From Eukaryota sp. GEM-RC1 (taxonomy: Eukaryota), in contig JAUFOQ010000016.1 in the NCBI GenBank assembly GCA_040285855.1, positions 2,418,001 to 2,482,000 on the forward strand: 64,000 bases of DNA, written 5' to 3'. Under the pieces are notes generated by a model. The model worked only from the letters and a program-made list of their open reading frames with translations, did not search any database and was not told the DNA's origin. This document shows positions 12,485-25,699 of this stretch, piece by piece. A program made the position numbers and the translations under genes. Position 1 is the first letter of the stretch; each line of letters opens with the position of its first letter.

Positions 12485-12599
12485 TTTTTTAGTCACTTTA
12501 TTTTCAATAAATTAATTTTTATTACTGTGGATATTTTTTGGTTGATTGAATTGAAAGAATTCACGTATTTTCTGTACAGTGTACTTCAAAAAAACAACC

Positions 12600-13050
12600 T
12601 ACGAAATAATAAGAGATGTTCTTGTCCTGGTTTTGCATTACAAAATTTTGATCTCACTGATACCTTTTCTGACAGTGATGGATAACCTAGACGTTGGTTA
12701 AATTGTAAAGAAGAAGTTTTGGATTTCACCACTGTGGATCCATGAACTATTAAATATTCTGTAGTAGTATAATAGTGGATGAACAATTTTCACCTTTGGA
12801 AAATGCTGAAGATAAGAAATGTCTTCGTTATTGTGATTATATTTCTAAATCAAATTCACAAGGACATAATGCTTTGGTGCTTCAACCATATGGTATTTCA
12901 ATTTATGGGAATTTGGGTTCTGCAGCTAAAACGTTTTTCTCATCTTTTAATCAATTGTGTTGTGAATTTGGCAAGAAGTTTAACATTAGTTTTTGAAAGG
13001 ATCGTCTTGTTTTTCTATATTTCGTTCAATGTTTCAGTATTTCGGGGGTT
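12600..13050 (+). mobile_element. Decayed 3' fragment of RLE-type non-LTR retroelement
   Basis: LDFTTVDP, LENAEDKK and ISIYGNLG match the copies at 21.7, 25.7, 43 and 54.8 kb; contains stops. Confidence 0.55.
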
Positions 13051-13233
13051 CAAGACCATGTCATTGAATTGTATTGTTAATTTTGTTTACGTCTTTAGAT
13101 TTTATGGATCTTTAAGAGATGAAACATTGTTTTTACATATACTACTAGTAGTACTGTACTTAAACTGTTTTTGTGAAAGATTCTCAGTGAATTTCGCCTC
13201 TTTGCTCTGCTGTAGTTTTCTAGTTCCATACTG

Positions 13234-14135
13234 ATGATACAAACACAACTATCTCATCAGTCAACGATCTCATCTATATGTGCCCTTTCTGACTTCCTTT
13301 GCATAACTGATGAATACTCTACTTCTGTATACTCTCTATCGTCACTCTCTCCAAAGTCCAAACCCATGTCATCAGTTATTGTAGGCAGTCCTACCACTTC
13401 AAGCTGTTTCTCATCATCCAGCATCTCTCCTCTTTCAGTTTCCACTATGTCAATCGACTGTGTTTACAGAACAGTCTCACTAACTGAAGACTCTGACGGA
13501 TCGATTACTCTGACCCCAACGATTCTTTTCGATTTCGCTCGCAACAAATCTCTAGTCACTCATTTCTCTGCACTCCACACTTCTCACACTAATATAACCG
13601 CATTTGCTTCCGATGCTGGTATTCCCTACCTTTTGACATGAATTCCAATGCTTGCCTCTCCACTCCTTCATCATCATACCTTTCCCCTGCTAATTGTATC
13701 AAATTCGCTCCTAAACTGGACGCTATTCTTCTCCAGGGCCATTCTGATGGTTTCCTCTCTCTTTACGACTCCCGAGTAGAAGAAGTCGTTCTATCTACCT
13801 CTCTCTATGATTCTGTCTGCTCAGTTGATTGGTTCAATTCTAACACATTTGTTTGCTCTGATAACTCTGGCGCCGTGTCTTGCTTCGATATTCGTTCAAT
13901 GCACGAACCCACAGCAGCCGTGTTTCTACATGATGGATATTCTAAAGTTTTTAAATTTGGTTCTCATTCAATTGGGTCAATGGGAAGAGATTCCAATCTT
14001 GTACTGAGTAATTCTTCGTTAACTTCTGAGTTTTCTAATAGTTTTGAAAGTATGGATTGCTTTGGTGATTGTACCGCTTCCGGTAATTCAATCTTTGTTT
14101 CATTTCTGGACGTTTGCAATTGTTTGGAAATTTAA
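13234..14135 (+). CDS. WD40-repeat protein; one frame break at ~13635
   Basis: GHSDGFLSLYDSR, VCSVDWFN and SDNSGAVSCFDIR. The two ORFs abut at a T run. Confidence 0.7.
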
Positions 14136-14398
14136 AGAAAATTAACTAATTAAGTTTTGTTGTTTTTGCTCGGAGTTCACGTTAAGAATATTTGTATTTT
14201 GTGTTCTCTGAAAGATTTTGTTTGATTTTGTCGATGATTCGTATCACTTTTCAGTGTTCATAAATTATAACCATTGCTTCATTTTTCAAACTTTGCTCTT
14301 GAATAAATCAATGAAAAATAAATTTATTTGAAAAATTACATCGGAAAAATACATAAATGAGCTACCAAAAACAACCACAATTTTAAGATTTCCTAAAA

Positions 14399-15896
14399 TT
14401 ATGCTAAATACTCCTCATTTTCAACCACACTCTGATCACGTCTCTCCTTCAAAGTCTTCCTAAGCAAAACTCCTCTTTCATCCTTTTTACTAAGAGACTT
14501 GACGATCTTGGCTGCACCAGAAGAAACATCTGCAGAGTCTAGATTGGTTAAAAGACCAAAGAAGAGATCTTCAACGTTATTCAGTCCAAAAATGAGCTCA
14601 CGTCCCTTGGATAGTGATACAAACTGTTTTAGAACTTGTATGGCTTTCAAATGGATTCTGGAATCGCTTTCTGACAATAATTCAACAATGCGATTAAAGA
14701 CTTGTACATTTGCTAATCGTTCAAGAATCTTTTCTTCAGCAGTCATAAGAGAAAACGCACAAAGAGACGAATAAACAACATCCGACGATGAGCTCATCAA
14801 ACAATCAATCAAATCTGATAGATGACCTGATTGCAGAAACTCAAGTGGAAATCCTGGTAAAACCAATGCCAACTGACCTAACAACCTTGCAGATCCTTCC
14901 TGAACAGCAGCAAAGTCTGAAGACAAGTACTGTCCAATCAAAGCTGCCAACTTCCGTATCCTTTTCCACTTTTCCACCACCATCTCTCCTTGAAGTTTGG
15001 TGATATTAGCCAGGATACACAGGGAGTAGTCTTGAATAGCTCTTACGGAACACTCGAGACACTCCAAGAACATTTCCAGGACAGTTTCACTTGAGCTAAT
15101 GATTGATGAGGCACATCCATCGTCCCTAGAAAGGTTACGTAAGCACCAAATGCAGAGTTCTTGTACCACTTCATTATGCGATGGACTTTCAATGGGCTCG
15201 CTCTTACACCAGGGAAGTATGGCCTTGATAACACCAGCTCCCCTCATTGCTTGGATAACAGAGTCATTGAGAGTGGCAGAGAGATTGACGAAGGCGCCGG
15301 CAATCTGAGTGGCTAGCATATCACAGTGTTTGTTGATAGGTTCGAAGAAGGTGTCTTCAGAGGATTCCTTGTTTTTTTCATTATGGAGGTTGGAGAACAT
15401 GGTAACAAGAGTATCGAGGATGTCCCTGCGATGTTCAATGAACATTATGCGGTTGGTATCGGTTTGGAGACAGTTGCGTAGAGCGCGGACAACTTCGATG
15501 TGGACAATGGTATCATCACCAGTGAGAAGCTTGCAGAAGGGGAGGAAGATTGAAAGAGATGTTTTTCAAAGACTGAAGTTAGTAGGGAGAAAGAACCAAC
15601 CCAGGTTGTAGCACAAATCACAAAGACGGCCAATGTATTCTCGTGGTCCAGACCAGACTTCAGTTCGAGTGCATGGTGCACAGCAGAGACGGCCGCAAAT
15701 ACGACAATGGTGACGACGTTTGAGCACTGTGAATTCAGTATCACAGAAGGTACAGGTTGATCGAGAATCGTCAGAAACCCATGTTTTTTTTATCACAGGG
15801 AACTATGGGCTTTTTTGATATAGAGACGCAGAAGTCGACACCAAAGTTATAAATAAGGTCTTTTTCCTTGTCAGTATTGAAGACTTGAGGTCGCAT
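14399..15896 (-). CDS. FYVE zinc finger + armadillo-repeat protein; intron 15573-15600, two frame breaks
   Basis: WVSDD...CTFC...RRHHCRICG...C..C...RLCDLC (FYVE) followed by ARM-like repeats (VVQELCIWCLRNLS, VQEGSARLLGQLA). The intron carries a TACTAAC branch point. Confidence 0.85.
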
Positions 15897-16459
15897 TAAG
15901 AAAATGAAGGACCAGATGGGAAAAGTGACCACTACAATACCTTCCTCATTTGTCCACCTCAAATTGCGCTTGAGCAAACAACAAAGTCTTTCAACTTTAC
16001 TGTTGACAACATCACTGTCATAAAGATAATGAAAAAAACTAACAAGTGTTTGCAACTCCAAATCAGAGCTAGTAACCAATATTGAATAGGAACTGTTCAC
16101 TGTATGAGTTCGATGTAGCAGTCTTCTACTGGTGTACACACTGTGTAGCTTACCAATTTTGAGTCATTTAGATTTTATACAAAAGCCCTTTTTCTGAACA
16201 CTGGGAAGACAAGGATAGATTGTATGACTCAATACATATGGTAGGTATAATATGAGCGACGAAAGTGGTTTTATCGTTACGAAATTGATCTGTATTTTTG
16301 CGATCCATCAGTTTCAACAGCTGGATTAATTTATAAGAGGGACGTCTTTGAACTCACGGCTAAAGACTTACAGTATATAATGAAAAACTAGATCATCGAT
16401 AAGAAGGTCAAAATAAATCTGTAATTGGGTTTCTTAAACCTCCAAAAGCTGCTTTTAAT

Positions 16460-17514
16460 ATGAACGCACGCCTTATTAATGTAAATCATCCAGACCAGTG
16501 TACTGCTGAAGCACTTCAACCTGCTATTCAGAGTATCCAAAACGGTCGTCTAGTCTGTTGTCCTACCGAAACAGTCTATGGCCTTTGTGCTAATGCATTT
16601 GATGGTAATGCAGTCACTTCCATCTTTAGAGCAAAAGGAAGGCCCTCAGACAACCCTCTTATTGTCCACATCTCCTCATATGACATGCTTTTCTCTGTTG
16701 TTTCTAGTATACCTCCATATGCCAAACTTCTCATGGATAAACTTTGGCCAGGTCCTATCTCCTTTGTTCTCCCTGCACTTCCATCTCTTCCCCCTGCTGT
16801 AACAGCTGGACTTCCCACAGTCGCTGTAAGAATGCCTTCTCATCCTGTAATGCTCGCTTTAATCACTCACTCCAACACACCTCTAGCTGCTCCTTCAGCT
16901 AACATATCAGGTAGACCTTCTCCAACTACTGCCTTACATTGTGTTGAAGATCTGAGTGATAAGGTTGACGTGATTCTAGACGGAGGATCAAGCTCAGTGG
17001 GATTGGAAAGTACAGTTGTTGACGTGTGTGGAGATCATCCGATCATTTTGAGACCAGGAGTGATTGGATATGAAGAGCTCAATTCAATACTGAATCTTCC
17101 TAATCCGAAGGAGTTTGATTCATCCCCACTACTTCCTGATACACAGCCCAAATGTCCAGGGATGAAACACAGACATTACGCACCTATTGGAGATGTTCAG
17201 CTATTCACCAATGTAAGGGAAATTGAACGAGAAGAGGGAAAAAGGACGGCAGTCATTGGAATTGATGAGCTATCTTTTGGTTCAACGATGTTTTGACTTT
17301 AGATTCGTCTTATCAAGGTGATTTTGTAGAAGCTGATTATATTTATGTTAATGTTGGCAAGTCTTTTGATAATTATGCAGCAAATCTATATTCTAGTTTG
17401 CGGCTTTGTGATTATTTGAAAATTTCAAAAATATTTATTCAAATATTTGATGATGATACCGCAGTGAAAAAAGCATTGCTCAATCGGATACAAAAAGCGG
17501 CATCAAAAGTTTAA
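16460..17514 (+). CDS. SUA5: Threonylcarbamoyl-AMP synthase Sua5; putative 23-nt intron 17280-17302
   Basis: PTETVYGL, KGRPSDNPLIVH, APSANISGRPSPT and PGMKHRHYAP. The C-terminal SUA5 domain (AANLYSSLR...ALLNRIQKAA) joins in frame by GT-AG removal. Confidence 0.93.
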
Positions 17515-17578
17515 CCAAATCACATTCAAATAAATTATAGTTTGAAAAAATATAAATCACAACAATATTTCTTGTTTC

Positions 17579-18979
17579 TTAATCGTCATTTGCATCATCT
17601 TCTTCATTTTCATCATCAGTATTGATATCATCATCATTTAAAACACCATGAACAACTTCTTGCCAACTTCCGTGACTATCTAAAAGTGTTAAACCAGCAT
17701 CTTTTAGTTTTGATTCATCTTCTGGAGAAATATTTGGACATGATGATACACAGACATAACTCAACGACTTGTGGTTACAGAGAGGCTCAATAACCTGAGT
17801 AGTGATACGTGAGCACCTTCCAAAGCGGAAATGTCTTAAATCTTCTAATTTTTTCAAGGCAGTGAGAACAACAGAATCTGAGATTTTGGAACATCCAGAT
17901 ACAATTAAACTTTGAAGTTGAATGAACTTCTCAATGAATTCAATTAATGGTTTGGAAGTAACAGCACCACAAGGACCAATTGAAAAATGTTTTAAATTAG
18001 TAATTTTTGACTTGGTAAGCTCTATTAACGATTCGTCAGTGATATTAGTACATCCATAGAGATCAAGAGAACTTAAGAAGGGGCAATTGATTGACAACTC
18101 GAAAATCACGGTATCATCAAGTTCTGGAATTTCACCAAAATCCACATTTTTTAAATTTTTGCAACTTCTAGCAGCGTCTATTAAAGAAGTAGTTGTTAAA
18201 CCAGAACATTTTCCAACATAAAGAGTAGACAAATCTGGTGTACTTGTCACAAGCTTGGTTAAAGCGTCATCTGACACATTCACCAATCCACTGATATCTA
18301 AATATTTTAAAAATTCACAAATTGTTCCAATATCATGAATACCACCACTACTTATCTTAGTGCAATCAGTTAACAGACACTTTCTTAATTGAGGACAACC
18401 ACGACACAAATGAGTGACGCTATGATCAGTTAATGACGAAATGCCTCTAAAATCAGCATATCGAATGTCATTGCAGTTTTGAGAGATACAAATGATTCCA
18501 ACATCTGTGAGGTTGATACAGCCACGGAGGAGAAGACACTGGAGGTCACGGAGGGACTCGTAGTTGGCAATGAGCTCAAGGGCAGCGTCAGTAACCCTAG
18601 TGCAGTAGGAGAGGTCTAGAAAGCGAATGCGGGAAGAGTAAGATTCAAAGCCCATAAGACCAGAGAAAGTCAACTTGGATGAGTAGGGAATGTGGATGTG
18701 GAGAAGGTGAGGGCAGAAATGAAGAAGGAAACGGAAGTGGCGATCGGTGATGCCAACTTTGGGACCATAGAAATGAGTTAGAGATGGACAGAGTTCAGCA
18801 ATAGCATAAATTATATCTGGATGATATTCTTGGAGATGAATAGTTTTCAGGTTTTGTAGAACAGAGTAGATAGCCTGGCAGAAATTGGAAGAGACTGTGC
18901 GATGTTCAATTAAGCACCTTAGAGATACCCATGGAGATATCCACTCTAAGGTTTCCAAGTCCAATTTAGAGACAGGCAT
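17579..18979 (-). CDS. AMN1/FBXL-type cysteine-containing LRR protein
   Basis: Repeats of LxxLDLxxCxxITDxxL (e.g. LDLSYCTRVTDAAL, LDLYGCTNITDESL). Confidence 0.88.
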   Translation of the reverse strand: MPVSKLDLETLEWISPWVSLRCLIEHRTVSSNFCQAIYSVLQNLKTIHLQEYHPDIIYAIAELCPSLTHFYGPKVGITDRHFRFLLHFCPHLLHIHIPYSSKLTFSGLMGFESYSSRIRFLDLSYCTRVTDAALELIANYESLRDLQCLLLRGCINLTDVGIICISQNCNDIRYADFRGISSLTDHSVTHLCRGCPQLRKCLLTDCTKISSGGIHDIGTICEFLKYLDISGLVNVSDDALTKLVTSTPDLSTLYVGKCSGLTTTSLIDAARSCKNLKNVDFGEIPELDDTVIFELSINCPFLSSLDLYGCTNITDESLIELTKSKITNLKHFSIGPCGAVTSKPLIEFIEKFIQLQSLIVSGCSKISDSVVLTALKKLEDLRHFRFGRCSRITTQVIEPLCNHKSLSYVCVSSCPNISPEDESKLKDAGLTLLDSHGSWQEVVHGVLNDDDINTDDENEEDDANDD

Positions 18980-19020
18980 TGTCGAAGAGAAATTGAATCA
19001 CACAAAAAATGACTTGACCC

Positions 19021-19229
19021 TGTTACCACTAAGCTAATAGCGCTATTAGCTTAGTGGTAACAAAAGGTTTGCTGGTGCCCTTCGTCGGGTCTTTCTTACG
19101 CTACCAGCTTAGCAGTACCTCCAGGAAATAGCTCACCTCTGTGTGGTCCATGTTTTAGGACATACTATTACTTGTTCGACCTCACCCGGACTCGAACCTT
19201 CGACCTTCGAAGAGCAGCAAACCTTTTGT
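19021..19229. repeat. Perfect 42-bp palindrome plus 15-bp inverted repeat enclosing a Pol III B-box-like motif
   Basis: 19021-19062 is self-complementary. ACAAAAGGTTTGCTG (19060-19074) is inverted at 19215-19229. GGTTCGAGTCC lies on the minus strand at 19188-19198. Confidence 0.8.
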
Positions 19230-19901
19230 AATTTAACCACAATGTACATGTAGTGATAATGACTGCTATATGCACACTTTAGCTACACTGATTGAGAAGG
19301 CAGCTATTTAATCAAACTTACTAACATTAGGTATTAAGAAAGTGTTCATATAATATTTTCGATTGCACCGTGTAAAGTAACAGTAATTGAGGAGATAGTA
19401 CATCTATTACATTGCTACTCATGATTCACCTTTAAGAGGCAGTTTAGGATAGATATAGATAGGGTCATACTTTTGATTCAAATGATCAAAAGGAAGTCTT
19501 TCTTCTAAATAGTTTTTAGGATCTGCTTTCGACAAAAACGCATGTTAAATAAGTTGAAATTGAACTGTATAACAGAAGTATGTAATACCCAAATAATTAG
19601 TATTATTCAGAATTTCAAAGAATCATGATTTAGTATCACATGTTCCAAAACCCAAATTATAACTGTATGATTTGTTTATGTACAATGTAGTTTACTGTAG
19701 TATGTAGTATATAGTACATATGAGTTAATCTTCTTGAGCCAAAACATCTTGATTTCAGAAGTTGATACTGCGGTCTTTTGTGTTTCAGTTAGGATTCGGT
19801 GGTAGTTGAAATAAGATCGAACAATTGCAAATTGATACAAAACACTTAACAACAAAAGCAAAAGAAGTTTATTTCCCTTGCAAATAGATACATATTCTCA
19901 T

Positions 19902-21289
19902 TTAAATCCAAGGACGTTTCTCGTGAGAAGTAACAATAACGTCACAAAGATCAGTATCAACATGAATCTGCTTACCAACATCAGCAATGACGATTACAGT
20001 TCCAGAGAGCTTGATTCCTTCTCCAAATGATACAGCACCACTGACAGTCAAGTGACAGAGCTCAGAGATATCAGGAATTACTGGAACACTCTGAATGAAC
20101 TGGTCAACGGTAACAAAGTTAGAACCAAGTCTAACAGGAGGTGCAAGGTCATTGAAAGACCACCATTTAGCAGACGGATTCTTAGTCAATTTTCCATTGT
20201 CAGGAATGAAAAGGTTTGACTTCATCAAAAACAAATCATTGGTCTTCTTCACTGGTAAGAAACGATCTCTTCCCACCACAACAGCACCAGCATTCTTAAA
20301 AGAACCAATAGCACTTCCAACTGCTTGTTCAAGCTGCAACACAGGTCGATCATTCAACTTCTTTGGGTTTATAATGACATCCATGTGGAGCTCAGAAGAC
20401 TCCAACAACTGGGTAACAGCAGGTAAACTAAACCAGATATTGTTAGTGTTGAAGAAGGGGAATTTAGCAATAGATGTGAATTCGTGCATGTGATCTTGGG
20501 GGACTTGTGCAGTCTCCAACAGAGTTATTCTATTCTCATACTGAATAACACACCCTCCTTTGATATCAGCAGCAGTCTTAGTAGTCTGTTCTGCCACGTA
20601 ATCATGACCAAGAGTCATGTACTTGAGGATAGAACTATCTAGAGTAGCACCGAGGTTATCAATGTTGGAGAGGAAGACAATGTCACGGCCTTCGAGTTGA
20701 AGACTTTCTAATAGTCCACTTCTTTTGAGAGTTCTGAAAACATCACCATGACTAAGATTAGAATTGAGACAAACACATACCCTGGGGGATACCATTCTTC
20801 AGGATGGTCCTTGGAGGTGGCAACAGGTTCCCAAGTGGTTTTATCCAAACGAGGGAATTGTGATTGAATACAAGTAAGGACACGAACATTTGAGGATGCG
20901 TTGGATAGAGCTTCTTTGGTTTGATGATCAGTGTTGAAAGAGTTCATCAATACCAATGGTACTTCACAATCGTATTCGTTATTGAGGTAGTTGAGTTGAT
21001 CGACGACAAGATCGAGGAATGTTTTACCATTCTGGACCTCAATCAGAGATTTTGGGCCTGAACATCCCATTGATGTTCCCAAACCACCGTTGAGCTTGAG
21101 CACCACAACACGTTTGAGAAGAGAAGTGACTTCATGGCGAGAAGGGTGAGACAGTGTTTTATAATCGACGAGACGCCCATGCTGAGAGGTGAGAGGATGG
21201 ACTTTGCTCCAATCTAGAGGTTGCAAATTCTTGGCGGATGCAATAATAGCTTCAAACTCAGCGCGTGTATCGGGTTCTAAAAGATTCAT
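19902..21289 (-). CDS. UGP1: UTP-glucose-1-phosphate uridylyltransferase; intron 20752-20780
   Basis: KLNGGLGTSMGCSGPKS, LMNSFNT, SNIDNLGA, FNTNNIW and RFLPVK. Removing the 29-nt GTATGT...AG intron restores WYPPGHGD. Confidence 0.95.
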
Positions 21290-21669
21290 AGTAAGAAGTC
21301 AGAAAAAGTGTTTGAAAAGAAGAAGTGGTGAAAAAGACTTGACATGACAGGACTCAACAGGTGAGACAGATTGACAATTTGATTGACTTTACAACTGTTG
21401 AGTAGATTTGTGTCAAGTGACAGGAGCGATTTTGCAGCAGTTTGCTCACTTAGTTTAGCTTTACTTCTCACAACTGTTCAACAAAGATTGAAAACTAATT
21501 ATACCTGTTCCTTATCAAAAGCGGAAAAATCATCTGAAGAATTCAATGATGAAAATGTAGCAAGATATAAATTAGAATCGGAAAAGACTCTGATTCTAAT
21601 CATAGTTGGGAAATACACTTTTTGCATTTCATCAAAAAGTTTATCAATGAAGGGCACAAAATACATATC

Positions 21670-22900
21670 ATAACAAAAGCTATGAAACACTAGACACCGA
21701 AAATTCATGGTCAAAAGTACCATAGTTTTTTTTACAACTTTGTGAAAATTGATTTAAAAAACGTAGGCATCGAACGGAACAAAGAAAAAATCAAACGGTT
21801 ATGCCAAATTGATATGTTAAATTTCTTATTCTGAGACTTACACCTACTAGTAAATCCAAAATCAGTTAAAAACTTAGAAGCCATTTCACCAATACTACCA
21901 AAAATAGAAATAGCAAATGAACAAATGCCAAATTTTGAATACAAATTTTGATTGAGTTTAGCAACATCTTTGGAGTACAAATCAATTTTACGTTTTTCAG
22001 CTGTTTTTAGGTGATTGAAACCTTTTGAAATTAAGCCATTGACAAAAGTTTGAGCACATGGATCCACTGTTGTAACATCAAGGATAATTTGACTAGAATC
22101 AATAAAAGGACCCTGTAAGTCACCTCGACGAGAATTATTACTTAAATCAAGACCCAACTTACTAAATACAGGTTCAACTTTGGTATGAAATCCTAGAGCT
22201 ATAAACATTTCAAATGTAACATCTCTGACAGCATTATGAAGAACTAAACGACATTGAATAAATACTTAATTACACTTCTAATAGTTGCAATGCGACGTTG
22301 ACTACAGAATTGTCTAGCACTTTTGCAGGAAACAAACCGAACCGCAATCGCATATGTAATTTCCAAGCCTCATCAGACAAATGCAAACCAAAAGGACGTG
22401 GTTGTTGAGTGATCAAACAGGTTGAATTCTTAATATCATTTAAGAAAGCAGCAAAAACGGGATTATTAATTTTAGTAATACTAAAACGATTTTCAAAATC
22501 CAGGTTTTCAAATGCCTTCAAAAGCTTATTTTGAAGTTTTAACCCACACAAAGGGAGAGACAATGGAGATTTTTCAGGAATCGTTGGCACAAGAAGCAAA
22601 ACAGTTGATCCAAATATCTGACTCCAAATTGTCAATAACTGAGACTAACGAATTTAGCCAATGAGTAGAATGAATGAGATAATTATTAAACAAAAACAGT
22701 ATCTGGATTTAAATTCAAATAGAAAATTCTTCATTCCACCAATAAACACACTTTTAGTTGAGTATAAAGCTCGTGAAAAGCCCACACCGTCAAAGTTAGC
22801 CACTGAAAAAGCGTGGTAAGGGAATTTCGAGTCATCAACCTCTACAAGATCACTTAAGAACTTAGTTCTCAAAACAATATATTTTCTGGCTAAATCATTA
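21670..22900 (-). mobile_element. Decayed RLE-type non-LTR retroelement 3' portion
   Basis: Fragmented ORFs with MRLRFGL, HNAVRD, RRGDL...IILDVTTVDP...AEKRK and SIFGSIG (PD-(D/E)xK-like endonuclease region). Confidence 0.65.
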
Positions 22901-24378
22901 GTACGTTAAGGATTGATTGAGCGCAAAACGTGATTGATGTTGGACGCAAAACACGTCGTCAAAAGGCAAAAAGAAATATGCTTACCAATTTTCAGCTCAC
23001 CAATCGGTTTAAGCTTTACGGAATATTTTTCAGATGCCTTATTCAACCTAAAATCCAACTTCTTTTTGTAGTTTTTTGTATTCTATTTTTTGAGCTTGTG
23101 TATTTGATGTTGTCAAATCACTTTGTCCACAATGACTTCTTCATCTACTGTGCACTAATGCTTCAAAATTGTGTTCTAAATACGTTTGCCGTTGAATGAG
23201 CATCACAAGATGAACGGTTGTTTTTCAAACAATCATATGATTTTCTGAATTATGTTTTGGATTCAGCTTTGTATTTTTCTGATAAAGACTATATACGGTT
23301 GATGTTTACTTTAATAATGCTCGCCTGGGCATTTTGTCATTATTGCATTGCAGTATGGCATGTTGATTCGCTATTGCAGTTATTGTAAGACAATTGTTGA
23401 AACCGTTCCCTTCATTTTCTCAGAACCGTCCTTCGGTTCAGCGATCAAAGCGTTTTCAACAAATTGGCGCTAAGAGTTTCAGAAAACTGAAGTATGGAGT
23501 GCTTTTGTCTACCACACTCCTATGCATCATTGGGATATTTAAGTAGGTAAAATGATTGCTCATCCGAAACGAGCTTTGTAGTCAATTAAACTAATTCGAT
23601 GGACTACATGTAGAATTTATTGAAAGATAAAGGTATAACTGAAGATACAAAGTTTGGGATTAAAACATAGTGCAATACAGTATTACTGTAATAAATACAT
23701 GGTACAATAAAACTCAATTATTGTTTTGAAAAATCCCTGGTTCGACGTTACACAACTCAAATAAGATCGAAAATTTATTAAATGAAAAATGTACTTTCTG
23801 GAAGAAACAGTGATAACATAAGGCCGAAAGATATAGCAAACCCCAGACCACTAGTAGTGCACAGATATTTCTAAATTCTATCAACAATTGTTTCTTGTTT
23901 ATGAGACTGGATGATGCTCCTTGACATTGTCTCTCTCATCGTCATTTCTAATCATTTCATTTTGTCAAAATATTCAGCGCCATTGTTAGAAAAAATTTAG
24001 ATCTGAAGCTGGTGAACGTTTGAGATGAAGAACACTTTTCCCAAGTCAATGAGGAGTTTCAGTCCGATATTGCCCATGATTCTGAAGTTTTGCGATAGGT
24101 GAACAATTAGTGGATGCCCAAAAAAGAATCATTCGTAAAATGTTCCCTAATCAATCGTGATTATTTGGGTCAAACAACTACGTCACGAGTTGAGTCCGGT
24201 CATAGACTTAAAGATAAATCAGTGTCAGTTTGGACAAAACGGGGCCATGATAGCCAAGTTTTTTGAAAAGCAGTTGGAAAAGATGCTATTGAATTCTATT
24301 CGTTCTATTGAACCGAGCAAGAAATAGAAACTGAAGAAAGTAGCATCATGGCTGTTTGAAGGAGTCCATGGGAAGTGG

Positions 24379-24866
24379 TCACAGGGAGTTCTGAAGAAGA
24401 CCGTAGAAGTACTCAGAATAGTTGAACGAGTTCCTGATCAGACTTGATACTTGCTTGAACAAGAATGACAGGTATACCGTATTGTAAGATCTTGCAGCTA
24501 TTGTTGAGAGAACGGCGACTCTCACAGCAGCAATGTTGGATCCACTGGAAGTCCAGAGGAAGACCAAGAGAATCTGAATATGGAACCAGACAGAACCTTG
24601 TTGAACAAGGCAAGATTCATCGACAACGATGTGAAATTCACATTGTGAATACAAACATGATGGAAATTCCTTCGATCATTAAAACATAGAACTACCAGCT
24701 CTAAGTACAGTATTAGGAGATCCGTAACAAAATTACAAATGTTACAAATTAGTTCATGAAGGACATCAACAGCGGAAAGGTAAACAGGATTAACTAGAGC
24801 ATCTTCTGTAAGAAAAGTTCTTGGTAAATCCTCACTTGAAGATGACGTGGAGATATCAGAATGCAA
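24379..24866 (-). pseudogene. Degenerate coding remnant with a CxxC motif (possible RING-like start)
   Basis: HELICNICNF in ORF 24522-24866 and several overlapping short ORFs; no coherent full gene. Confidence 0.25.
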
Positions 24867-25699
24867 TTGAGGAATGTAAATTCAATGGCGGTGAAGGAAA
24901 AAGTGAATATCAACAGAGGAACGTCTAGTTTACGATAATATTTGGAGAGGAAATCAACCAAGATAAAAACTGAACAAAACAGACAATGCTTCTTGTTCTT
25001 ATTTGACATGTGAATCTTAAACACTTGCGGAGGGATTCAGTTTGTGAGTCCACACAAAGGCAACATCAATGGTGAAATTAGAACTTCTGTAGTAAACATC
25101 AAAAAGCGGTATCCTCATTCAACTTCCGAAAAAAAAACATCACTGAGATGTGACCATCCTTCAATAAAATCATGGAAAGAAGGAGCAAACACACAAGACA
25201 GTCTTTAAATACGTTGACTTGTCAAAAGTTGGGTTTGTCAGGGGCATACGGAAAGTTAACTTTTTTTAAAGTTCGTGGAGTACGATCTTGTTAAAGGAAT
25301 TTGATCCATGGTCTTTCCGGTACGTTGATCCCACGGATAGTTAAAGGTTATAAGAATTATGTAAAGAAACAGCTTGCGGAGTGAAACCCTTCTGATCAAA
25401 GTGATGTAAGATGCAGGACGAAAAAGAAGAAAGAATTGATCCTGCTTTATTACCACTGGACACATATCTCTCCTCCTCAACTGTTATAGATATCATTATG
25501 AGATCTTTTTTCTGATTCTGATGCTACCTGTAAAAAATCTGAGTTATCTCAAAGTTTAGTGTTGGACATCAATTTATGAGTATACATATAGAAAGGATAA
25601 ATGACTTTGTACGGTACTCAAAGGCAACCTTCCTGCGGAAGTATGAATTTACAAGAGCATACAAATAATACTAAGATTTAATCCAAACGACTTCATCCC

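Noticed and set aside
19040..19260. Intact tRNA gene
   Set aside because: A-box and B-box-like motifs are present but no consistent acceptor and anticodon stems can be folded; reported only as a tRNA-like element.
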